Origin: Muribaculaceae bacterium
GTDB taxonomy: Bacteria; Bacteroidota; Bacteroidia; Bacteroidales; Muribaculaceae
DNA: 64,000 nucleotides
Reading direction: 5' to 3'
NCBI GenBank assembly: GCA_045576735.1
Contig: JAZNGZ010000062.1
Location: 1,127 to 65,126, forward strand
Below, piece after piece: positions 18,921 through 26,097 of the stretch (position 1 is the stretch's first letter; each line of letters begins with the position of its first letter). The position numbers were made by a program, and so were the translations under genes. A model generated the notes under the pieces. The model ran no database searches. It was not told where the DNA came from and saw nothing but the letters and a program-made list of their open reading frames with translations.

Positions 18921-21900
18921 TTACTTTACGCATTCTTTGCGTGTTGTTCCGTCGCTGTATTTCACGATATTGATGCCTTTTGTTGGCTCACTCAATAAAC
19001 GACCATGAATATCGTAGCGTGCAACTTCTACAGTATTATTAATATTGATAATTGCATCAACACCGGCATTAGTGCTGAATGACCCAATATATTTTGATAA
19101 TACTAATTCTTCTTCATTATATGCTGTTATGCTATAGTAGTAGTTTTGCATCTCATTTAATCCATCTATCGTAGTCGAAATCGTTGTTGAAGTAGAACGT
19201 GATAAAACTTGACCATTATTATCAACAACAATATTGCCTACTTGCATTGTCATCGTTGCATCTGAGTAAATATTAATGTCATAATATTTAGCGCTTGTTT
19301 CTGCCTCCCATGAAAGAGAGACATTTTCGTCAGTAGGACTTACATCAACATTATTTTCATCAAGGATAGGAGCGAACATTGCTACAAGTGAATGACTTTC
19401 GGTAACCATTAGGCTATATTTTGAATCGGTGGTCAATAAATTGTCATTTTCATACCACCCTACAAATGTGTAACCTGAATGTGCTACAGCCTCAATCTCG
19501 GCAACTTGCCCCGGTTGATATTCATTTATACCATAAACCACACCTGCGTTTTCGATGCTTTTGGCAATAGAAATCACTAATGGGGCTTCTTCTTCGATAT
19601 AGTAGAATCGTTTCCATCCATCACTGATTTTATAACGTTCCGAGCTGTTGTATGGCACATGAAGCTTGCATGAAGTGAGGCGCATACCATCAAATGAGTT
19701 GTCGTATGCCACAGCCGGGTCGGCTCCTTTGCAATATATATCTGTAATCTTAGCACAACCATAAAATGCTTTTTCCCCTACCATATATAATGAAGTGGGA
19801 AGCGTAATAGTTTTAAGCATGTTGCAGTTATATAAACCACCGTATGGAATTATTTCACACCCTTCAGTCAAAGTCAACTCTTCAAGACCGGTAGGCAAAT
19901 AATATGTTTTATTTGTGCCATCTTCAAAAAATTGTGTTACAGCACGCATCTTGTCGTTCTTTTCAGTCCCAAATAGTTCGCCAAAATTACTTGGAGACAA
20001 AGCCGTTCCTATTCCTGGAAACGGAAGGATTAGAGATTTTAAATTGACACAATCTCTGAATAACATTGCCGGAATTTCAGCACTGTCAATAGAAATGTTT
20101 CTTATAGCTGAATTTTGGAATGTTGTGCTTTGAAAATTTGTAACCGGTTTCAATATATCTATTGAATATCCTTCAATTGTTCCTGTGTTCCCAAATGCGT
20201 ACCAACATTTTTTTGTGTCATTATAAAAATCTGTTTGATCTGTCAATATAAGTTGTTTTAACGAACTGGGCAAGTAAACAGCATATCGGTTCCCACCTGA
20301 ACTTTCATATTTAGAACATGAATATCCATTAACAATTGTAAAATGGTCATTAAACAAAGAGCCATTTTCTTCAAAACAGATATAACTAAATATATTCAAC
20401 TTTGGGACTTGCAAAATTTCAATTGGATGAAATGTATAAGTATAACTATCCCCTCCAACGTTATTATCTATTTTTTGTGTTTGATGTATAGCCAAACTTT
20501 TGCAATTCATTTTAGTGGGCAAAACCAATTTTTTCAAATTAACAGCATTTTCAAGGTTTTTACCATAAAATAAAATTGTATCTAAAGGCTCATTTATAAC
20601 TAAACTCTCTAATAAAGAACAATCACCCACTGTAACTTTTTTTAAGTTAGACCCTTCTGAAATAATAATTGATTTTACATTAGGGGTTGTTAATTGTGTT
20701 AAAAATGTTGGAGCTACATATTCTTCTGTTAATGCGAGAGGGTAGATATGCAGATATTTATCACCATTAGTATTTGTCGCATATAAAATACCTTCATGCG
20801 AGAAATAAACAGAATTGCCCTTTTCTGCAATGATTTCTTTTAAATTAGTACAATTCTCAAATGCATTACTATTGATATTTGTTACAGAATTGGGAATGGT
20901 TACCGAGGTCAATCCGGAGCAACCTTTGAACGCATATTGACCAATCAAGGTAACGGAATTGGGGATGGTTATTGAGGTCAATCCGGAGCAACCCTCAAAC
21001 GCATTTGAGCCAATCTCGGTAACGGAATTGGGGATGGTTATTGAGGTTAAGCCGGAGCAACCCTCGAACGCATATGAGCCAATCGAGGTTACAGATTTGG
21101 GAATTGTTACCTCTGTCAATCCGGAGCAACCCTCGAACGCAGAATAGCCAATCGAGGTTACGGAATTGGGGATGGTTACCGAAGTCAATCCGGTGCAACC
21201 CTCGAACGCAGATCGAGAAATGGAAACTGTACCTTCTTTTATATTAATTGAGGTATTATTAGGCATAGTGCCTTTATATTTATAAAGAACATTGTTGATG
21301 TAAACTACTCCGTCAGTTTGATTATTATACCAAGCAGTATTATAGAACGCCTTATTGCCAATCTCAGTTACGGAACTTGGGATTGTCACCTCTGTCAATC
21401 CGGAGCAACCCTCGAACGCCGATGAGCCAATCTCAGTTACGGAATTGGGAATTGTTACCGAGGTCAAGCCGGAGCAACCATAGAACGCATAATTGCCAAT
21501 CTCAGTTACGGAATTGGGAATTGTTACCGAGGTCAATCCGGAGCAACCATAGAACGCCGATGAGCCAATTGAGGTTACGGAATTGGGAATTGTCACCGAG
21601 GTCAATCCGGAGCAACCCTCGAACGCCGATGAGCCAATCGAGGTTACGGAATTGGGAATTGTCACCGAGGTCAATCCGGAGCAACCTTTGAACGCCGATG
21701 AGCCAATCTCAGTTACGGAATTGGGAATTGTTACCGAGGTCAATCCGGAGCAACCCTCGAACGCAGAATAGTCAATCTCAGTTACGGAACTTGGGATTGT
21801 CACCGAGGTCAAGCCAGTACAACCATAGAACGCTTGATATCTAATCGAGGTTACGGATTTGGGAATTGTTACCGAGGTCAAGCCGGAGCAACCATAGAAC

Positions 21901-22223
21901 GCCGATGAGCCAATCTCAGTTACGGAATTGGGAATTGTTACCGAGGTCAATCCGGAGCAACCTTTGAACGCCGATGAGCCAATCTCAGTTACGGAATAAG
22001 TTGTGCCATTGTATGTTACAGATGAAGGGATGGTTACACTACCAGTGTATTCATTAGAATATGAGTCGTAACCACTTCCTTTACATGTAACCACTACAGT
22101 TTTTGCAGTTTCGTTTAAGATGTTGTAGTAGATGCCGCCGACTTCGAAGTCGTGGGCGGAGAGGGGGATTGTGGTTAGGAATAGGGCTACGAGGAGTAGC
22201 GGGATTTGTAGAAATTTTTTCAT
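18921..22223 (-). CDS. BspA-like leucine-rich-repeat cell-surface protein with a type IX secretion C-terminal sorting domain
   Basis: Signal peptide and about 15 copies of a 23-aa unit (SVTIPNSVTEIGSSAFEGCSGLT), with further degenerate LRRs. There is an InlB-B/Flg_new-like segment (HSGYTFVGWYEND) and an Fn3-like segment. The C-terminus ...VEVARYDIHGRLLSEPTKGINIVKYSDGTTRKECVK resembles the T9SS CTD. Confidence 0.85.
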   Translation of the reverse strand: MKKFLQIPLLLVALFLTTIPLSAHDFEVGGIYYNILNETAKTVVVTCKGSGYDSYSNEYTGSVTIPSSVTYNGTTYSVTEIGSSAFKGCSGLTSVTIPNSVTEIGSSAFYGCSGLTSVTIPKSVTSIRYQAFYGCTGLTSVTIPSSVTEIDYSAFEGCSGLTSVTIPNSVTEIGSSAFKGCSGLTSVTIPNSVTSIGSSAFEGCSGLTSVTIPNSVTSIGSSAFYGCSGLTSVTIPNSVTEIGNYAFYGCSGLTSVTIPNSVTEIGSSAFEGCSGLTEVTIPSSVTEIGNKAFYNTAWYNNQTDGVVYINNVLYKYKGTMPNNTSINIKEGTVSISRSAFEGCTGLTSVTIPNSVTSIGYSAFEGCSGLTEVTIPKSVTSIGSYAFEGCSGLTSITIPNSVTEIGSNAFEGCSGLTSITIPNSVTLIGQYAFKGCSGLTSVTIPNSVTNINSNAFENCTNLKEIIAEKGNSVYFSHEGILYATNTNGDKYLHIYPLALTEEYVAPTFLTQLTTPNVKSIIISEGSNLKKVTVGDCSLLESLVINEPLDTILFYGKNLENAVNLKKLVLPTKMNCKSLAIHQTQKIDNNVGGDSYTYTFHPIEILQVPKLNIFSYICFEENGSLFNDHFTIVNGYSCSKYESSGGNRYAVYLPSSLKQLILTDQTDFYNDTKKCWYAFGNTGTIEGYSIDILKPVTNFQSTTFQNSAIRNISIDSAEIPAMLFRDCVNLKSLILPFPGIGTALSPSNFGELFGTEKNDKMRAVTQFFEDGTNKTYYLPTGLEELTLTEGCEIIPYGGLYNCNMLKTITLPTSLYMVGEKAFYGCAKITDIYCKGADPAVAYDNSFDGMRLTSCKLHVPYNSSERYKISDGWKRFYYIEEEAPLVISIAKSIENAGVVYGINEYQPGQVAEIEAVAHSGYTFVGWYENDNLLTTDSKYSLMVTESHSLVAMFAPILDENNVDVSPTDENVSLSWEAETSAKYYDINIYSDATMTMQVGNIVVDNNGQVLSRSTSTTISTTIDGLNEMQNYYYSITAYNEEELVLSKYIGSFSTNAGVDAIININNTVEVARYDIHGRLLSEPTKGINIVKYSDGTTRKECVK
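20838..22040 (-). repeat. Tandem 69-bp coding repeats (about 15 units, several near-identical at DNA level) encoding the 23-aa LRR units
   Basis: Strings such as ggtcaatccggagcaaccctcgaacgc...gttacggaattgggaattgt recur with 69-nt periodicity. Out-of-frame and antisense ORFs in the track (for example 21377-21691) are themselves periodic. Confidence 0.9.
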
Positions 22224-22557
22224 ACTTTTGATGTTTTTGTGTGCCTCCTGTGTCCCCTAATTTGGCGATTAATAATCTGAGCATTAGCTATAAAATGCGA
22301 AAACGTGGGACATTGCTCAGTTTATTTTTTACGAGGCATCGCCAAACGCCCTAACCGAAATAAACAGCCCACCCCACGCTATACCTATATATAGCACCCC
22401 GCCTATGGGGTGAGAATAGGCACGCATAGGCGTTTTGACCGCATATCCTTTGGTTGTTGAAAATTGGCGATTTTCGTAAAAAGGATAAAGCTGAAAACGC
22501 TTTCACTAATATGTCTCTCATGGGGAGGGCAACGCTTTGCCACCCACAAGATTGATG

Positions 22558-22565
22558 CAAAGATA
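22558..22565 (-). promoter_or_regulatory. -7 box TAtcTTTG, the only consensus box upstream of the LRR gene (implies a leader of about 325 nt)
   Basis: Forward-strand caaagata at 22558-22565. There is no TTTG at the expected -33 position. Confidence 0.35.
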
Positions 22566-22822
22566 GTAAATAATTTATAATGCATAATTCATAATGCATA
22601 ATTATTTTGTTTTTTTATTTCTTGCGTTGCCGAAGCGCAGTCTATCTAAGGTGTAAGTATAATAATTAAAAAGGAAGAGTAAAGAGGAGAAGTGAAAATT
22701 AAAAATTGAAATATTAAATGGGAAAGAGGAAAGAAAAAATGAGAAAATGCTTTTCTGAATTGCTAAATATGCATTATGGTAGCATTAAATTAGTTAATCG
22801 TAACAATAATATTCCGTATGAT

Positions 22823-22853
22823 TTTGTATTATCGGTTTATTTTGTTAATTTTG
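22823..22853 (+). promoter_or_regulatory. ppdK promoter (-33 TTTG, 19-nt spacer, -7 TAatTTTG)
   Basis: TTTG at 22823-22826 and TAATTTTG at 22846-22853. The ATG at 22916 gives a leader of about 55 nt. Confidence 0.6.
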
Positions 22854-22915
22854 CAAGATAGATAAATAAAAAGATTACTAACCAATAATTATTAATAAAT
22901 TAAAATTACCAATTC

Positions 22916-25630
22916 ATGAAAAGAGTTTATACGTTTGGTGACGGTAAAGCCGAAGGTAATGCCTCGATGAGAAACCTTCTCGGAGGTAAAGGTGCTAACC
23001 TCGCCGAAATGAATTTGTTGGGTATGCCTGTACCTCCAGGCTTCACAATCACAACTGAAGTTTGTACTGAATATACCCAAAAAGGTCGCGAAGCAGTTGT
23101 TGCTATTATTAAAGATGAAGTTGAAGCAGCTATCGCACACGTAGAAAAATTAACCGGAAAACAATTTGATGACCCTTCTAACCCATTGTTAGTTTCAGTG
23201 CGTTCAGGAGCACGTGCATCAATGCCCGGTATGATGGATACAGTTTTGAACTTAGGAATGAATGATGCTACAGTTGCATCACTTGCCGAAAAGAGCGGTA
23301 ACCCACGTTTTGCATGGGATAGCTATCGTCGCTTCGTTCAAATGTATGGTGACGTTGTTCTTGGTATGAAACCAAAGAGCAAGGCTGACATCGATCCATT
23401 TGAAGCTATCATGGAAAAGGTTAAAGAAGAAAAAGGCGTTAAGCTTGATACAGAACTTGAAGTGTCAGATCTTCAAAACCTCGTTAAATTGTTTAAGGCT
23501 GCGGTAAAAGATTTCACCGGTAAAGATTTCCCCGATAGTGCATGGGAACAACTTTGGGGTGGTATCTGTGCCGTATTTGATAGCTGGATGAATGAACGTG
23601 CTATCCTCTATCGTCGCATGAACCAAATTCCTGAAGAATGGGGTACTGCAGTGAACGTTCAAGCAATGGTTTATGGTAACATGGGTGACAACTCAGCTAC
23701 CGGTGTTGCATTTAGCCGTGACGCTGCTACAGGTGAAAATATGTTTAATGGTGAGTATCTTATCAACGCACAAGGAGAAGACGTGGTAGCAGGTATTCGC
23801 ACTCCACAACAAATCACTACTGAGGGTTCTCGTCGTTGGGCTGCTCTTCAAGGTATCAGCGAAGAAGAACGCGCAAGCAAATATCCTTCACTTGAAGAAT
23901 CAATGCCAACTCTTGCAGCAGAACTTATAGCAATCTCTAATCGTCTTGAAGATTACTACAAAGATATGCAAGATATGGAGTTCACTATTCAAGATGGTAA
24001 ACTATGGATGCTCCAAACACGTAACGGTAAACGTACAGGTGCTGCGATGGTTAAAATCGCTATGGATCTTCTTCGTGCAGGTCAAATCGATGAAAAGACT
24101 GCCCTACTCCGCATGGAGCCACAAAAACTTGACGAACTTCTCCACCCGGTATTTGATAAAGATGCATTGAAACGTGCTAAAGTTGCTGCTAAAGGTCTTC
24201 CTGCATCACCAGGTGCTGCAACAGGTCAAATCGTATTCTTCGCTGATGAAGCTGAAGTGTGGGCTGAGAAGAAGAAAAAAGTTGTTCTTGTTCGTATCGA
24301 AACATCTCCCGAAGACCTTCGCGGTATGGCAGTTGCACAAGGTATCTTGACAATGCGTGGCGGTATGACTTCTCATGCTGCTGTAGTTGCTCGTGGTATG
24401 GGTAAATGTTGTGTATCAGGTGCCGGCGAAATTAAAGTTGATTACGAAGCAAAAACACTCGAAATGAGTGGTAAAGTATATAAAGAAGGTGATTGGATTT
24501 CATTGAATGGTTCAACAGGTGAAGTTTATGATGGACAAGTTCCTACTGCCGATCCTGAACTTGATGGCGACTTCGGTGCAATTATGAACCTTTCAGAAAA
24601 ATATACAAAAACTCTTGTTCGCACTAACGCTGACTCTCCACGCGATGCAAAACAAGCTCGTTATTTCGGTGCTCAAGGTATTGGTCTTTGCCGTACAGAA
24701 CACATGTTCTTCGAAGGTGATCGTATCAAAGCAGTTCGCGAAATGATTCTTGCAAGCGATAAAGAAGGTCGTGTTGAAGCTTTGGGTAAATTGCTTCCAA
24801 TGCAACGTGGTGACTTTGAAGGAATCTTCGAAGCAATGGACGGATTTGGTGTAACAATTCGTCTCCTCGACCCACCTTTGCATGAATTCGTGCCTCATCA
24901 AACTGCAACTCAAAAAGAGCTTGCTGAAGAAATGGGATTGTCACTCGAACAAGTAAAAGCAAAAGTTGATAGCCTTGAAGAATTCAACCCAATGCTTGGT
25001 CACCGTGGTTGCCGTCTTGGTATCACATATCCTGAGATTACAGAAATGCAAACACGTGCTATTATTGAAGCAGCACTTGCTGTTCAAGCTCGTGGCGTGA
25101 AAGTATATCCCGAAATTATGATTCCATTGGTTGGCTCTCTTAAAGAAATCCAAAATCAAGCTAATGTAATCAATGAAACTGCAGCAAAAGTATTTGCTGA
25201 AAAAGGTGAAACTGTAGCTTATAAAGTTGGTACAATGATTGAAGTTCCACGTGCTGCACTCGTTGCAAATGAAATTGCAACTGTTGCTGACTTCTTCTCA
25301 TTTGGTACTAATGACTTGACTCAAATGACATTTGGTTTCTCTCGTGACGATGCTCCTAAATTCTTGAAATTCTATAAGGAAAATGGCGTAATCAAGACAG
25401 ATCCATTTGAAGTTCTTGATCAAGAAGGTGTAGGTCAACTCGTTCGTATGGGTGTTGAAAAAGGCCGTGCAACTAAACCTGAACTCAAAGTAGGTATTTG
25501 TGGTGAACATGGTGGTGAACCTTCTTCAGTTAAATTCTGTGCTAAACTCGGCATGAACTATGTGAGCTGCTCACCTTATCGTGTGCCCATCGCTCGCGTA
25601 GCTGCTGCTCAAGCTGCTATTGAAGATTAA
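22916..25630 (+). CDS. ppdK: Pyruvate, phosphate dikinase
   Basis: 904 aa with phosphohistidine motif GGMTSHAAVVARGMG, PEP-utilising C-terminal domain ...GICGEHGG..., and strongly biased codon use. Confidence 0.95.
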   Translation: MKRVYTFGDGKAEGNASMRNLLGGKGANLAEMNLLGMPVPPGFTITTEVCTEYTQKGREAVVAIIKDEVEAAIAHVEKLTGKQFDDPSNPLLVSVRSGARASMPGMMDTVLNLGMNDATVASLAEKSGNPRFAWDSYRRFVQMYGDVVLGMKPKSKADIDPFEAIMEKVKEEKGVKLDTELEVSDLQNLVKLFKAAVKDFTGKDFPDSAWEQLWGGICAVFDSWMNERAILYRRMNQIPEEWGTAVNVQAMVYGNMGDNSATGVAFSRDAATGENMFNGEYLINAQGEDVVAGIRTPQQITTEGSRRWAALQGISEEERASKYPSLEESMPTLAAELIAISNRLEDYYKDMQDMEFTIQDGKLWMLQTRNGKRTGAAMVKIAMDLLRAGQIDEKTALLRMEPQKLDELLHPVFDKDALKRAKVAAKGLPASPGAATGQIVFFADEAEVWAEKKKKVVLVRIETSPEDLRGMAVAQGILTMRGGMTSHAAVVARGMGKCCVSGAGEIKVDYEAKTLEMSGKVYKEGDWISLNGSTGEVYDGQVPTADPELDGDFGAIMNLSEKYTKTLVRTNADSPRDAKQARYFGAQGIGLCRTEHMFFEGDRIKAVREMILASDKEGRVEALGKLLPMQRGDFEGIFEAMDGFGVTIRLLDPPLHEFVPHQTATQKELAEEMGLSLEQVKAKVDSLEEFNPMLGHRGCRLGITYPEITEMQTRAIIEAALAVQARGVKVYPEIMIPLVGSLKEIQNQANVINETAAKVFAEKGETVAYKVGTMIEVPRAALVANEIATVADFFSFGTNDLTQMTFGFSRDDAPKFLKFYKENGVIKTDPFEVLDQEGVGQLVRMGVEKGRATKPELKVGICGEHGGEPSSVKFCAKLGMNYVSCSPYRVPIARVAAAQAAIED

Positions 25631-25651
25631 TCAATGTAGATAATTAATATT

Positions 25652-25686
25652 GAAGGTGTGCCATTGAGCACACCTTCTTTGTTTTA
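25652..25686 (+). terminator. Intrinsic terminator of ppdK
   Basis: GAAGGTGTG (25652-25660), an 8-nt loop, CACACCTTC (25669-25677), then TTTGTTTTA. Confidence 0.8.
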
Positions 25687-25710
25687 TATTGGATTTAGAT
25701 TGTATTATAT

Positions 25711-25951
25711 AAAAAAGCCGGCATTTGCCGGCTTATATAATCCACATCAAAGGATGCGATGAAACTCCGAATGACAGGATTTGAGTGCTTGTTGGCCTTT
25801 GTAATCCGCCTGGGTTATAAACCTTCTCAATGAGAATGGGGCCCGCCATTGGACAACTAAGCTTGTCTCGGTATTTCATAAATATTTGATGAGTTTCCCA
25901 ATCAACTTTGATGTGGTAATCTTTATTCGTTGACACTCTTGTCTTATCAAT
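25711..25951 (-). ncRNA. Candidate structured small RNA of unknown class, bounded by a promoter and an intrinsic terminator
   Basis: - Minus-strand promoter at 25958-25989.
- An 11-bp perfect closing helix (25906-25916 with 25742-25752) encloses 175 nt.
- A nested 7-bp helix (25891-25897 with 25761-25767) and small internal hairpins.
- A GC hairpin plus U5 terminator at 25711-25733.
- The overlapping 75-aa ORF begins with a TTG inside the -7 box. Confidence 0.45.
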
Positions 25952-25957
25952 ACAACA

Positions 25958-25989
25958 CAAAGATAGTTTATGAAGTTTGAAAAAACAAA
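25958..25989 (-). promoter_or_regulatory. Bacteroidetes sigma-A type promoter driving the candidate sRNA
   Basis: On the minus strand, TTTG (25986-25989) is followed by a 20-nt spacer and TAtcTTTG (25958-25965). This matches the published TTTG / TAnnTTTG consensus with 19-21 nt spacing. Confidence 0.6.
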
Positions 25990-26059
25990 TATTTTGGAGT
26001 TAAAAGTTTAAATAATTATTTTTTATTTGAGAAAATATTGCTGTTTAAGATACTTTTTG

Positions 26060-26067
26060 TAACTTTG
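26060..26067 (+). promoter_or_regulatory. -7 box TAacTTTG upstream of the Crp/Fnr gene
   Basis: Exact TAnnTTTG match 31 nt before the ATG at 26098. No clean -33 element was seen. Confidence 0.45.
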
Positions 26068-26097
26068 TGTTGTATAACATTATTATAAAGCAATATA

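Noticed and set aside
20959-21771. Multiple 60-104 aa ORFs on both strands inside the LRR repeat block (for example 21377-21691 + with periodic RSNPRTPMSQSRLRNWEL units), and the superficial resemblance of regularly spaced repeats to a CRISPR array
   Set aside because: These ORFs are frame shadows of the 69-bp coding repeats of the 1100-aa LRR gene, which reads through uninterrupted. There are no unique spacers between the repeats, because the units abut. There is no leader and there are no cas genes.
22351-22599. 82-aa and 60-aa minus-strand ORFs (MHYELCIINY..., MHYKLFTIF...) in the LRR/ppdK intergenic region
   Set aside because: They overlap each other in different frames and start within the ATAATGCATAATT repeats. 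They span the putative -7 box and have no recognisable domain. The region is better described as non-coding and structured.
22718-22861. A 47-codon plus-strand ORF (MGKRKEKMRKCFSELL...) running through the purine-rich tract
   Set aside because: It overlaps the ppdK -33 and -7 elements, and its Lys/Arg/Glu-rich start simply reflects the A/G tract. I found no upstream promoter.
22916-25630. ppdK is visibly more GC-rich and codon-biased than its neighbours, which could hint at horizontal transfer
   Set aside because: The bias is towards a restricted codon set, as expected of a very highly expressed glycolytic gene. The flanks carry native-looking promoter and terminator signals and no mobility genes.
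25733-25960. A 75-aa ORF (MCCIDKTRV...) between ppdK and the Crp/Fnr gene
   Set aside because: Its start is a TTG lying inside the -7 box of the promoter that would have to transcribe it. Its stop codon lies in the terminator stem, and its composition is not protein-like. The long-range 11-bp helix fits an RNA better. A shorter 50-aa reading frame from the internal ATG cannot be formally excluded.
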